Below, one piece after another: positions 26,001 through 41,000 of a DNA stretch of 64,000 bases; positions within the stretch are counted from its first letter, which is position 1, and every line of letters begins with the position of its first letter. The translations under genes were made by a program, and so were the position numbers. The notes beneath the pieces are model-generated. The model ran no database searches. It saw only the letters and a program-made list of their open reading frames with translations, and was not told where the DNA came from. Origin of the DNA: Owenia fusiformis (Eukaryota); assembly GCA_903813345.2 (NCBI GenBank), contig CAIIXF020000001.1:3100001-3164000 (forward strand), in the 5' to 3' direction.

Positions 26001-29000
26001 TGGGAACCCAGGATAATGCCAGACTGAAGTAATTTTCTACATGGATGCTTTTACAGTTTAAACCATTATAATGACAATACCAAATCATATATGAGACATG
26101 ATTCTCTAAAACTGTACTTGTTCAAATAATTATACTGGTCGAATGTACCTGATATTTTGTTAATAGGATATTGTAAGTATAACCTTTTATATAAGTTCAC
26201 ATGATGAAACAGAGTTATATTATGATTTAAACATCTAATCATATCATATACAATGTTGGTTTTCTTCAAACAACATAAATAAATCACTAGAAAAAAAGCT
26301 TCTATAAAGTACGATTTTGGGCGACGCCCACTAATGTTAAACCTATGGGCAAACTTCAAAGGCTGTGGGGGACCCCTAAAAGTTTACTAAAAAATTTGAA
26401 AAAAAGCACACGTCATATTTACCCCAAAATGCAACTCGATTCACGTAGGGAGCATAACATTTCCAAAAAAAATTATTTTGAGCCACCCTAACGTACAAGG
26501 AGATTACTCATCTTCTTGGCTTTCCACAGTCTTCATTTTGATTTCAGATTTATACCGAATGGCTTAGCATATGTTTCTCCAATTTTGAAGAGCTCTGTAA
26601 TAAGGTCATGACACACACAATTTCCACCTCGGTGGAAATTAATTTAACCGCGGTGAAAATAATTTCCATCGCGGTGAAAATTATTTTTTAAGCGTAGTAA
26701 ATAGTTTCTACCGAGGTGGAAATTAATTTCCAAAGCAGTGAAAATAATTTCCACCGCGGTGAAAATAATTTCCACCGGTGGAAATAATTTCCACCGGTGG
26801 AAATTATTTTTACGCGCGGTGGAAATTTTTTTCACTGCTTTGGAAATAGCTTCTACCGAGGTGGAAATAATTTTCACCAAGGTGAAAATTCATGTAAAAT
26901 TTTAAATTAAAAAAATAAATTATTCGAGGAAATTTTTTAATTAAAACTAAAATTCTTAATTACGAAAAAAATTCATGTCCCTTATAAGGCTTCGTAGATT
27001 TCAATAATGTTGGTATTGTTGTAAATCTTTATTCAATACAATCTTCAAAAACGTATTTTACTTTTTAAAATAGTTGGTCAACAACGGTCAAATCGACTTA
27101 GGGTGTACTTTAACAAACTCACGCCCGGTGATCGTACAAAAATGATGGAGGGGGGATTAGGCGATTTCTGCAAGAAAACTCAACAAATTTGGAAGATTTA
27201 TTTTTCAATTGTCACAACACTTATGACATTGCTCACTTTTTAAAGTTAGTTTCCATGCGTTATACAAAAAATAATCGAAATAAATTAATTTTGGATGGAG
27301 GGGGGATCGGATGGAGGGGGGATTTATATATCTTTACGATGGAACAAATTCACAAGAACTCGTGTATTTGAAAAAACCAAATTCAGTAGCCCAGTAAGAA
27401 ACTGGATATCATATCTCTGGAGAATGAAAAATGGGAAAATTTGGAGTCATAAGAATAAATTCAAGTAGCATGTCTTATCATGTATTATATACACGTGATC
27501 CCACCCCTCCATCCGATCCCCCCTCCATCCCAAATTAATACATTTCGATTATTTTTTGTATAACGCATGAAAACTAACTCTAATAGACCATTGTTGCCCG
27601 ATTTATAGCAAAAACATTGACTTTTGCACGTTGGTGATGATGCGCCTTTTTTAATAGATCTCATATCTTAGAAGGGTATCAGTTCAAAAAAATACGAGAT
27701 GACCTAACATATTTTGCCATACATTGCGCCTATTCATTTGGCAATTCAGTTGCAAATTTTCTCTTGAAAAAATAAATCTTCCATTTGTTGAGTCTTCTTG
27801 CAGAAATCGCCTAATCCCCCCCTCCATCATTTTTTTACGATCACCGGGCGTGAAACTGTCAATTTCAAAATGATTGTCGGTGCCATAAACGCTACGCTTC
27901 TTAAAATAATATTGTATCTTTCAAATAAAACTAAGATCAAGGTAAACGCTTTTCTATAGCTGAACCTATGCACTTTCAAAGATAGCAGGTATCACGAAAT
28001 ACCATTGAGACCAATGTAACGCGTTATTGAATTATCAACAATTTTAAGTTCAACTTGTTTTGTCCTTAGCATTCATATTTTTAGATGTGCAATAAATACC
28101 AACCATCTATTATCTACTTTATGTCATTGTTTATGTTATGTAAAATAACCAAAAGCTGAATAAAGACTATTTTAAAAGAAAAAAAAAATACCAACCAGTG
28201 ATTTAGTGAGAAAATAGATCAATGCTCGACGTTGTGTTACTTCAATATACTTCAGGTCTATGCTTTGCCTAATGCCTACGGTATACATCAAGCAGTTTTT
28301 CTCAAATTCGTGAAAAGAACGCAATTCGTGAATATAGGCGATTAACTGTTTTTACCTTTAAAAATTCATAACATAGTCAATAGTGGCTCAATGTTCATGA
28401 AATAAAGCATATTGAAAAAAATAATTAAGTAGTCAAAATGATTATTTGTCAAACATAGCAATAACCATCACTGCATATTCTAGAGTATGGGAAACAAGGT
28501 AAGTATCAATATTTTATGAATTTCAAATTTATTGGCATCAAATTCTAACTATCATAACTTTGCCCTTCTACCCGCTCCAGCGAAAAAAATAACGGAGACA
28601 CAATAAAAATGCAAAAAGTACTATTAACAATCGAGGAGGTCCCCCTTGCAGTCATTGGGGTACGGTTAGGCTACTCTGTTGTATGGGCCTTATTACCATC
28701 TGGTATTCACATCAAATGATGGACTTACATGTACGTGCATTCATTAAAGAAATTGCACATTTAATTAAATACTATTCTTAAATAGAATTTATATTTCTTA
28801 CTCGCAGAGCAGGTTGTCCCTCCAAATCCTGGTACACAAGTGCAGCTAAACGACCCATCTGTATTTTCACATTTTGCACCATTCAGACACCTTCTAAGAA
28901 GACATTCATTCACATCTACAATATAAAGATCACATTGGTCAAATCATTTTGATATTAAATTGAAATTTGTAAGGAAGTTGACTCAATGTTTCTAACAATG

Positions 29001-32000
29001 TAAAGATGTATGCGCAAGTGTCAACGATGAATCAATGATGTGCAAAATATGTATTTGAAAATATCAATGTGAACTGAAAGTACCAAAAATGGTTACAGAA
29101 CACAGCAAGGAAAAGAAAACATCTAAGAGTATACCAGTCATAAGGGAAACGAATCTCAACTGCCCTTAATCATAATCCAACGTGAGAAGAAACAGTATCT
29201 AATCCCCCTCCCGACCATGACAATCCGAGACCATATATTATCAAGGAGCATTTTATTAATACTGAACTCTACAATTCATATTGAAAATAAATTTGAAAGT
29301 GATAGCAAATACTCGTAACATCAAAAATAGTTCATACGCGATAAAGCATCCAGTCTCAAATGATTTGGGACAGCGCAAAGTCGACGCTATAATCCATAAA
29401 AAACAATATTTCACAATGGTCATCAGGAGAAAACTTTGGCTGCTTTTAATCCCTAACTTTAACCAATAATGTAACAGCCCGGATTCACCTAATAAGGTGC
29501 CTAGTGGAAAAGGCTTGTACATTTCGGCAAAGCCAAGAATGTACCTCCGAGTTTCTTCAAGCAAAACCCTTGCCAAGGAGCGTTATCACCAAAACACCAT
29601 GTTGCGACTAAAAACCTAAATATTTTGAGCACGCCCTGTCAAATCAAAGAAGCTGGGACACCAGTTCCAACACGTTGGGCATAAATGTGCTATCCAAATG
29701 TGGAAACCCCACAATATCAAAACCTAAGTTGTCTTCCCCTATACACATGTGTATATCTTGCTTTTCACAAATATTATCTAATATATAAAATGTAAATGCA
29801 AAAATGTTAACATCGACTCTATTGTATTGTACCTTTTTCACATAGCGAGCCCTCCCAACCAGAAGGACATACACAGGAAAAGCTGTTGACACCATCTTTA
29901 CACCGACCTCGATTTTTGCAGGGATTCGGTAGACAGTCATTGATATCTAAAACCACACATATACAATTATAGAACACTCTCTGCAAGAGCAATGTACTAA
30001 CATAAATTATTACCACCTTGCCGGGCCAGTTTTAGTGCTAGTTTAGAAGGCATTCATTTTACTATATCGACCTGAGCAATATGTGACGTCATCGTGGTGG
30101 TCCATAATGGCAGTCAATAATGTAATTAATGACCGACAACTTTCCCCGGGAAATTAGATATCGTTCAGTGCGGCGTAAGATTTTCTTGCTATTTCAGCCC
30201 TTGTCGTTAACCTGGTAATAATCGGTCCAAATTTTACTATATTGCCCGCAGAAATGACGTTATTTTATTAGTATTGCATTCATAAATTTGTAATCGAACC
30301 CGAGTGCAAATATAGTCCTTATTTTGCCCTAGTTCTGCATAATTAAAAGGATTTATGATGGCAATAACATATGATGATTTGACACCAACTACATACTGAT
30401 TTTTGACACCTACTTGTTGCACAAGTTGATCCAGTGTAACCAGTCTTACAACGACAAGTAAATCCACCATCCTTGGCAGATCCAGTGTTAGTGCATGTTC
30501 CATCAAACTTACAAGGATTTGGATGGCAATCATCTCTGGCTATAACAAAGAGACGATGTTTATCAAAACATTATTTCAATTCGCATTGAAAAATTGTATA
30601 AGCATAGACTTAATTTTCATAATGGAAGAACTTTTAAATCAAACACTAGAGATGCACAGAAGTGAGCTCCAAAAGCTAATTGCAATTTTCAGCCTCAATG
30701 TGACATAACACCATATTAACATTTTGTTTTCAGGAGTAGGCAGTTTGATCATATTTACGTAGCCTTTACAATATAGACTTAAACATTGTTGCTAATTCTT
30801 GCAGCCATGTTCGAAATGACTTTAATATCAAAGATCCTATTTCAATAAGACGTATAGGGTTAACATTTGGACAGGTTTTAACTTTTAAGTTGTGTACCAA
30901 TCTGAAAACTGGTATTTGAGTTATATAAAATTATATTTCTTACAGAAAGTGGTGAGGATCGGTACATAAAATGTGTGTACTGGTATTTGAGTGATGAAAA
31001 ATTATATTATTCACAAAAAGTGGTTGCCTATCCGATAACTGGTTTTCAAGCGATCAATATACGAGGGTTGATCCAAAAGTTCCGAACCGTTTGCTCTAAA
31101 AATCTTAATACTTTATGAATATTGTTCACATTTGGCCACAACCATCCCATACATAGTAGTTTCATTTTGTGTAAAAATAAGCAATAAATTTGTCCAGCAA
31201 CATAGGTGTCTGGTTACCATAGCAACATGACAACAGGGTAGGTGGAGCAAGAGTACGACACAGTTATCCTGGTTCATCGCCACCGCCAATGGACCTTATT
31301 ATTCAAATGTCAGTTACAAAACCTTAACAGTAACACTCATTTATAAAGTTGTTAACTAGATTATTTTTATGAGGAATGTTGATCTGTTTTGAGTCAATCA
31401 ATTAGGTATGACACTTACTCAGTTAAAAATGTGTTCGAAGTGCTGAAGAAAGATCTTAAAGATGCTATGAGAAAAAATGACAAGATCTCCTTTGGAACTT
31501 CTACTTTCACCTTGATAATCCCCAAGCCCACAGAGCCAATGTTACAATAGAGGCAAAACACTAGTGCTTGCAGGCCCAACTACAGCCCCATCCGCCATAT
31601 TCTCCTGATATTGCACCATGTAACTTTCATATGTTTCCTGAGGCCAAGAAACCAATGCGTGGTATCTATTTCGATGACGAAGCTGACCTTATCCAGGCAT
31701 TTACTAAAAGCGTTAATGCTACAGCTAAAGGTGAACTTCATCATATGTATTTCACGACTAGTTGAAACGCTGTAAGAAATGTGTAGCACATGGTGGTGAC
31801 TATTTTGAAGGCGAATGAACTTATGAACTATAATTACCTATTGTATGAGATTTTATGGGGGAGAAACTCCATGAATTGAAATGATCTGAAATAGCTGTAA
31901 TTCGGAATAAAGTAAAAATTGTTCCAGCTCCACCTACCCTGTTGTCATGTTGCTATGGTAACCAGACACATATGTTGCTAGTCAAATTTATTGTTTATTT

Positions 32001-35000
32001 TTACACAAAATGAAACTACTATATATGGGGTGGTTGTGGCCAAATATGAACAATATTCATAAAATATTAAGATTTTTAGAGCAAACGGTTCGGAACTTTT
32101 GGATCAACCCTCGTACATTGTTGAACTTGTTTTTTCATGAAAATAAACAGCATATTAAATATAAATAATCAATATACAGTATACCCAGTAATATACATAC
32201 GCTGTTCACATAGATCACCAACAAATTGGGCAGTGCATGTACAGATTGGTTTCCCAGGTCCATCAGCACACCGTCCACCATTTTTACATGGATTCTGATT
32301 ACATTCATTCAGATTGTCTAAACATAACAAAATAAATATTCAGAAGAATAAGAAGTAGTAGCTCGAATGCAATGAATTAAAATTAACTTATGGGTGCGGT
32401 CTGGCCATTACTGGTCGCCCATATATTTGACTCAGTGACTCTAAGTGGTCACCAAGTAATAAAGTAGAAGTTCATACTTCAATGTATAGATGTCAAAAAT
32501 GATACCAAAATTGAATAATACCCTGACACTGTACTTTTCAAGAAAAATGATTTTTTGGAAATGTCATCATATAGAGATCATATAAAGTTGCAATGAAGAC
32601 CCGTGTAATGTTATGACCTCTGTCTATTGAAAGATTCCCCCTTGCAGTGATAATTGAGTAAATCTAGTTATGTTTTAAGGTTATTTATGTATCAACATCG
32701 AAACAGAAAAACAAACAATCTTGGACCTATATAATAATGTTTTGCACGCTTCTACATTATCATAATTTATAATCAGTTATCAATCATAGTTTCAGGGGTT
32801 TCAGGGGTTCAGATTCAATGTCACTCAATTAAAGGACTGCTATAACAACATGAGGCTGTAAGTCTCAAGATTTCTCGAGATTAAAGTTTCAGAGGACAGA
32901 AAAAGTGTTCATAAATGGTGGTCAAAGTTCTTGGTATATTTCAATAATGACATTGATATTGCCCCATTATTCCATGACTTTTGAGTGAAATTGATTGTGA
33001 AATATCTGCCCCACATTCTGATAATCGGAATTTTGACATGTGAAGGTCATATATTTTGAATCAATTATAAATAATTGTAAAGACACACCGGAACACCCAT
33101 CCTTCGAACACAGGCCTCCAGAACTCGTACCTCCTTGAAGGAACTTTGTGGATGATGTCTGGAACCCTGCGTTCGGAGGATGCGGAACACCCTGACAATG
33201 ATAACGTCAGATACCGTTGGCACAAATGTTGGACGACAAACTGTCGCTTCAACTCTTTAATCAATTACTAATCATTTCATGGGACCTTATCGTCGCTAAT
33301 TCAGTGCATGTATTAAGCTCTTGTGATGTTGTATATATGAAATCCCAATTTCGATCAAATATGGTCGTGAATCGACACAATTCACCGTGTTCCATATCGT
33401 CAATGACAACGGAATCTGAATTTGAAATAATTTACAAAGACAATGGCACATGGTAAGATGTGATAACGGCCTATGGTGGATGTTGTCATCTATACAGCAT
33501 CCGTTGTCCTGTGTCATATTTTGATCTGTATATTTAACTATACGATGAATAGAAAGACACTTTGATTGATTCTTATACCAAACGAATTTGATCTAGGTGC
33601 TCTTTTAAACATGCAATTAATGAAAATCGAATCGAATGCGAACCTGTGGCCGCCGTTTGTGACAACGATATCTGACTTTTGTCATGGTGTTCCGATGTGA
33701 TATATTGAAATTTTGAGAGTAAAAATGCAATTTTTTGTTCAGATGATATTGCCTTAGAGTGCTTTTTAAATATATTAAGCTAAAGCGGTCAGATAGTTAG
33801 CTTGCTTACAAAGTATATTAAATGCACCTATGAATTGATTGAACTGTAATTACATTATGCAGTAACTGTCACGTTCTCAATTAAAAAATCAATACTCACC
33901 AAATTGACAAAAGTCTCCAGTCAAACCAGTAGGGCATTTACAGAGTGCCCTGCCAATAGAATCAATACACTCAGATCCATATTTACATGGATTCCGTTCA
34001 CATTCATTTTTATCTGAAAGAATATATGTTATTAGTTTAATTTAAATTCATTCTTCTTTGTTCAGACAAGTTTGTTTGTGCGTTATGTAATTCTGGGTGT
34101 TTGACTGAGTGGTTCACGACTCGTATAAAAGGCTGTGGTGTGTACCTGTATGTCTGTGTACCTGTGCACATAAAAGAACACAGGGCTCCTCCAAGGAGGG
34201 GTTTCTGGCTCTGTCTTCGAGTGTAAAATACGTAAAATACGGAATATACCAATGAGGTATTGGCGGTAACCAATATATAATATAATAATATAACACAAGT
34301 TATCAGTTTCTTCTTTTTGATTTTCCAATGTTCTATTGGATCGCCTTTCTGGAATTTAATCTCTGCTACCTTTATGGATTATATTCATACCTAAAGGCAC
34401 AGTATTCAACAATAGTTGATTCTATTTGAAGGCAGTGTATTAATCGAAAATCAAGATAAATATTAAAAGATAATACCGACTTGGGCAACGCTAAACAATC
34501 CCTAATGTTTACACGTTTCTGATTTATTCATGCTGATTCAAGACAATTCAGTCATCGCAATTTTTAGTCTTGTGGGCTGAATCCCGCATCGTTATGGTCC
34601 TGCACATATGATTATACTACAATCATTACAATCATTAGCTGAGAATTTCGATGATTCCATCTTGCGATCTGAATCATACATTGTGATAATTAAGCGATTC
34701 TTGTGAATATCATCTAAATGTTTGACTGGATAAAATCAGAACGGGCAAAATCTTAATACCAGAATTGTTCTTAAATCGTTAATTCTGTATGGTTAAGCAA
34801 AAAAGTGGCACGTGTTAAGATTGTGATGTATATTCTCAAAATCAAAGAATCGCTCTGAATTAATCTGAACTGTTCATTATAGCTGCATCTGAACAAGCGC
34901 GGCTATTGTTAAGATTACACAAGTGCTCTGAATGGTAATACATATGGATTGCTTAATCATAAAATTTGCACTATTGTTGAATACTGCCCCTTTCTCTAAA

Positions 35001-38000
35001 GTATTACATGTTACCTTCTTCACAGTTGGGGCCTATGTATCCCCGAACACATCTACATACGTATTTATTGAGGCCATCGATACAACTTGCCCCATTCTGA
35101 CACGGTCTAGATTTACAATCATCCGGGTCTGAAAGCGTATGTTTATTGGGAATTACATATTTGCAAAAGTATTTACATGGAACGTGAAGGTTGAAAGGTG
35201 TTGTGATTATCATACTATAAGAACAATTGTATTTTCTAATTGAAAATAGACATACTTATTTCACATCTTTCCCCGGAAGTCCCAGCAGGACATGTGCAAG
35301 TGACTTTACCGGTTGCCATAGAACATCTTCCTCTGTACTTACACGTATTAGTTCGACAACTTTCTACATCCTCCTGTCCTACAATAGAATAATTCAAGAT
35401 TTGTCTTACATTTTAGATCAATACGATTTTGAACAATAATTTTTTGGTTAACATCCACGTCATAGTAGAACGGATCATAATTCCCATTTCACAGGTAAGA
35501 TAATAATATGGCAATATAATGTCATGATCAAACATATTATTCATCAATAGTAGACACGATTGATTTTAATTGTTTTATCGATTAGTATATCTTTCAAATG
35601 GCTGCAAACAATGTTGTTTATAAATTATGATAATGAAGAAAATTGTTTGTTACAAATGTGACAACTTGAAATACACACTAATGAATATGCTTTTGATATG
35701 ACATCATATTATTGAGCTAGGTGCACAACTTCATTTTTGGTGCAATGTCTGGCAAATATCAATCAGAGTGTTGGTACTATAGCAGTGAAATAATAGTTAA
35801 TTTATCTTCATACCATATGTTTAAGTAAGAGTATTCACTCACAGAACAGTATGTCACCTAAGTGGGTGTAACTGAATCTACTTTATCTCTTTTTAATACG
35901 CCTATGTTCTTCAATGTTGCCCTTGCACCTTGCGTTTAATCATCGGATTTAAATGTTGATGCAAAATATGATTTATTTCTTGATTATATTTCAACCTTGA
36001 CATTTTTCAACCATAGAACAACCAATTTCAAGATCTCTTCTTTTATGAGAGTAATGTATTCACCATCACTTACTTTCCTGGCAAATATCACCACTGTATT
36101 CTTGAGGGCAGTCACATATGGACACATCGTTGCTAACACGACATGTACCTCCATTGAGACATTTGTTAACAGCACATCCTTCCGAAATCCGTGTTTTGAC
36201 CACTTTATTGTCAAAAAGTAGAACGAATGTACACATAAATGCAAATAACAGCTTTAACATGCAATTATTAAGCTGACATTGCTAAACAGCATGCACAGCA
36301 AAAAATGTGAATCAAACCACTGAATCCTGGAGTCAGGATTCATACAGGATTCATATGCACATATGAATCCTGTATGAATCCTGCCTCCAGGATTCATACA
36401 GGATTCGCTGTTTAAATAGTTTACAAATGAATCCTGCCTTCAGGAATCATACAGGATTCATATGCAATATAGTTTACAAATGAATCCAGCCTTCAGGATT
36501 CGTACAGGATTCATATAGAAGGTAGTTTGCAAATGAATCCTGCCTTCAGGAATCATACAGGATTCATATGCAATATAGTTTACAAATGAATCCAGCCTTC
36601 AGGATTCGTACAGGATTCATATAGAAGGTAGTTTGCAAATGAATCCTGCCTTCAGGAATCATACAGGATTCATATGCAATATAGTTTACAAATGAATCCA
36701 GCCTCCAGGAATCATACAGGATTCATATGCAATATAGTTTACAAATGAATCCTGCCTTCCTGAAGGCAGGATTCATTTGCAAACTACCTTCTATATGAAT
36801 CCTTACATCGTACGTATCTGGATTTCGTTCATAATTGATTAATCTGTTAATGCGTTCCTCTAAGTAAATGAAACAATCATCACATCGTGTTTATAAGTGT
36901 AATTCAAGGGCGTATAATCTAACATGTCTAATGCTACTCATTTCATGGTATTACTTTCCGATCATTTGATAAAATAGAATACAATCAACATGTGGAAATC
37001 ACGGATGACGGGAAAAACAATATTGTATAAATAGAATATATTTTAATAAGAGATTCGTAATGTAAGAGATTCGATATTTAACAGATATTTAGAATGAATT
37101 GCGACATTATATTCCAAATTCATGAATAAACTGTACGTATCTGGATTTCGTTCATAATTGTTTAATGGTTCCTCATAGATAGTAATAAAGTCATCACATC
37201 GTGTTCATTAGTGTTAATTCGAGGTTGGATAATGTTTTTATAATATGATGTTATAATTTTACATTTTATTTGTGTGTCTGAGTGAGGCTAAATTGAAAGT
37301 AAAACCTGTATAATCAGACGGGCAAATCACGATGAGGACAAATAATTATTTAAATTAGTAAGATAAGTCTGTACATGTAGATTGTTCGTTGAAGTTGGAC
37401 CGTCGGTGACTTTTATTCCTAGATTTCGTATCCCTCTCAAACAAATAAGTCAAAGCCAAATATAGTTGAACTGTTTTCGGGATTATTATTCATTTGTTGT
37501 AATACAGATTGACTTATAGACTGATATTGTAATGGGTTGTGCTTGGGATTCACAGAATTATTCTATGATAGTCTCAGGATATATTGAAATGCGGATGTTT
37601 ACATTAAAGATCTTGCTTTCAAACAAAAATATTGAAGTACTAAGATCGGATATTAGCGTACCCCAGTGGAAAAGAATCAAAAGATATTCCAATTTAACGC
37701 ACTGCACAATAATTTGTCATTTTGGAAATTCGTCAATATGACCTTACCATTTTGATCTTAATAATTTAAAATTTAAACAAGCGCTACCCCCCCCCCCCCC
37801 CCAGAACTAGCCTTCCCGGTAAAGCCAATACGACAGATATCTAAGGAAAGTTTCATTTTTATTCTTGATTTCTCTGACTCGGAATAGTTGAAATGATAAA
37901 CATAAATTGCAATTATTATTACTTTGCTCTTTCATTTTGCTCAGTCATGATCAACGCCTTCCTTAAATTTTCTGTCAGATCATCGATCCCAGACTTCAGC

Positions 38001-41000
38001 AAATATTCCAATCATATTTTGCGTTTTATCGTCTTTCCCAAAAGCTATACGAATATGGTACTACAACTACTTAATGACAGTGGTTTATCGTTATTTTTGC
38101 AAATATGGATGTTTACACTGCTTGAATCTTATTCTAGGAAGTTTTATAGAGACGGGACTTCCTTTTCACAATGCAATTATATCTGTTTTGTAGGTTCCCG
38201 TGGGTAAGATACACACAAGAACAATACGGCCCATCCAAAAGGGACAGATCCGTCAGTGGCGTTCTTCAAATTATAGCCCGTGGAGATATAGTTTATGAAT
38301 CTTGCCTCAAGTGACGTGTTAAATCCCATATTGGGTTTGAGAAAGGGCCCGTATACACAGCCCGATACACAGTTGCTCGATACAAGTGCAAACTATAAAA
38401 TAACCATAATATAACAATTATAGATAAATGTTTGGCATGCATTGTTTCTGTTTAATTGTTAAATTATTTGATAACTTATAATAAGCAGATAAGTTGCTTT
38501 TCAGGTATTAAGCGGCGATTAAGGACTGAAAACCAGCGTCACACATTTCTTCGGATATTCCTCCATAAGCAGATATACCTGTTTGCATGTTTTAATTTTG
38601 ATTTGATTTGATTGTTTGAATTAGATAAAGTCTTTAAAATGTTACTAGTGTTTGGGGGGGGGGGCTGAGATTTCATGTAGGAATTAAAATTAGAATAAGA
38701 TTTAAATACGATCTGTTTTGTTTGCATCGTTGTATAACGTTGATAAAACACAAAGGGCAGCATTGGAATTACAAAATTGTGCGATTCCCTACCTCCCAAA
38801 ATTATTCAAAATTATATTTCTGTCATTCTGATTTCCGTGTCGGGACATTCTGATCTATTAGAGTCTCACTTTATCTAACGCTTTGGTATTCCAAAGGATT
38901 GTACTTGCCCGGGAGTACTTGCTGTATATCACGTCGGGAGATTAAACCTCCTGGATTAAACCAGTGAATGTTCCGATCGTCGTAACATTCGATACACCGA
39001 GAGATTTCCCAGATTCATACATGCATACTGTATATTCAGCAGGAATTTTACATACTTTATCATTCCATTCTTAATATATCGTATAATATTTGTATTCTGT
39101 TTCACAGATTCCCCTTGAAATACAAGGTAGACTAGATGCGAGTAGAAATAATTTTGATTTACGTCATTAAATATTCAAAATTCAGTCAAAGTGATGTCAT
39201 AATTTGAAATCTACATGAAAAAGTACATCTAAAAATACGGTTTCGAAAATTGTTTATCAAATTTGAAAATTACGACAACACGGGCAATATATGGCAGGTT
39301 AAATGAGTCGTCAAGATTATAACACGCCGGTCTTTATGTTACAGTTGATGAAAGTACAATGTCAAAATCTCATGATGATTTCTTCCGACCTGTGTTTACT
39401 GACAAGAGAGGGGTGCGCAGTTGTTGAAGCGAGTATAAACTAAGAAAAATCCAAAGTCCGATAATTAATTAATTGGCATGGATCTGCTAATTGTTTTCGT
39501 TATTGTTACTTGTTCTATCTAGACGGTTTTATCTGCATCGATATGGCTGATTATAAGGCATGAACATTTTTCCCAGTTGTGTTAATTGTTATTCTTTAAT
39601 AAGCGGATTTATATGTTTGAAATATTTATTATCCATTTTTCATTTTGATATACTTTTCAAAGGACTTTTTGTTCTATCTATGTGTTTTGTCTATACTAAT
39701 CTTTAACAGGAGTTAGCTTATTCCATATAGCCTACAATTGATTTTAATTCATAAAGTTTGCTGATAATTGACTTAAGTATGGTAAAGCTCTCGAAGAGAG
39801 CATGTGCATGATCGCCAATAAAATTGCATTCTTTGTTTTGTTTTGACAGTTAGTTTAGAACTTTAGCCACGCGAAGTATACACGCAAACGCTTGTGTACT
39901 TTTGAAACATTAACTTGCAAGGCTCAAAGTCATTTCCATCTCCTCCGGTGTTATTTCTGTGGTAGAGGTTTTTCAAAAATAATTTAAAACTTTTGAGACC
40001 TTTGGGGTATAGGATATACGATCAAATCACATGTCCTTCTATTTTTAGTTTTTTTCCTGAGGGATAAGAAAATAAAAATCAAACATAGAGAGGCAAAGAC
40101 GTAAAAATGTGGGGAAGTTATTTAATTTATGCTTTTCTATGAATATAATTGCGACCTCCATGACATTTGACAAAGTCAGACCCCTAGTCAGAGAAGGGGG
40201 TGGGGGGGGGTTCAAGAACGCCTTTCTCCAAAATTTATTTAAAATCGTGCAGTTTTTCATCATTCTGAGCTTTTTTTTAAACTTAAGTGATGACCAATTT
40301 TGTTTAATGTGAACCCCCTGCCCCCATCACTCTGGAAGTGATCATGATACACTCAATCCACAAGGTGGGTCTAAAGATGAAAACCTAGACGATCTCTGTA
40401 ATCAAAGGCTAAGACGATATTTTCTATAATCAGAGTCCTAGACGACTTCTGCTGCAATCAGAGTCCTGGATGATGTTCAGACTTTTCTGTAATCAAAGTA
40501 GCCAAACATCCGCAGAGCACGGAAATTGATGGATAAGTGAATGGTCTTTTGTTTGTTTTCTTAACTATTGTAAGGAATAAAATTAAGATTTAAATGTTCA
40601 CCCCCCCCCCCCCTCCTCCGTTTAATTTCGATTCAAACAAAATCAAACGGGAATGATTATCTTACAAGGTACGCTGAGACTTAAGACAATAAAAGACGAT
40701 AATTAACCTGATTGGATCCTGTGTCTTATTAGCGTCTGTTATTTATTACTGTTGACCAGTACCAGGCTGATTGCGTATTGATAATCAAACCGGTCGTGGG
40801 ATGCAATGATATATCTAAATTTATCCCATGATACTACTTCCCGATGAATAACACCTTGGAATATTTTTGATTTTGAAAGAAAATCGTATTGTCCCGCCAA
40901 ATCCCGCTCACGAAAATGATATACTCCCATTTGAAAATTAAGAGATTTTGAGACGTAAGGAGTATGAAGCCGCCTATTAAGCATAGTGTAATTGTAATTT

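Larger units (their letters stand above)
20994..26490. mobile_element. hAT (hATm-like) deletion derivative
   Basis: TAGGGTGGCTC termini, 8-bp TSD ACGTACAA; transposase remnants [17 protein letters not shown]...WLQENPAAW (+, ~21650-22020) and [12 protein letters not shown] (-, ~21480-21646). Confidence 0.88.
18476..26996. mobile_element. IS3EU-like non-autonomous DNA transposon hosting nested insertions
   Basis: TIR TACGAAGCYTTATAAGGGACATGAATTTTTT, 6-bp TSD GATTTC, subterminal CCACCGCGGTGGAAA repeats (18577-18612, 26622-26890). Confidence 0.75.

Noticed and set aside
33060-33530. GC-richer stretch that may be a second Penelope-like RT remnant
   Set aside because: Motif similarity is too fragmentary to support without a search.
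12196-36202. Calling the gene Notch, Crumbs, EYS, fibropellin or SVEP1
   Set aside because: The diagnostic partner domains are absent; the EGF run is followed by two sushi domains, CBM14 and a stop codon.
36320-36800. CRISPR-like regularly spaced palindromic repeats
   Set aside because: The spacers are themselves repeated, the block is mirrored at 46030-46550 as TIR subterminal repeats, and the context is eukaryotic with no cas genes.
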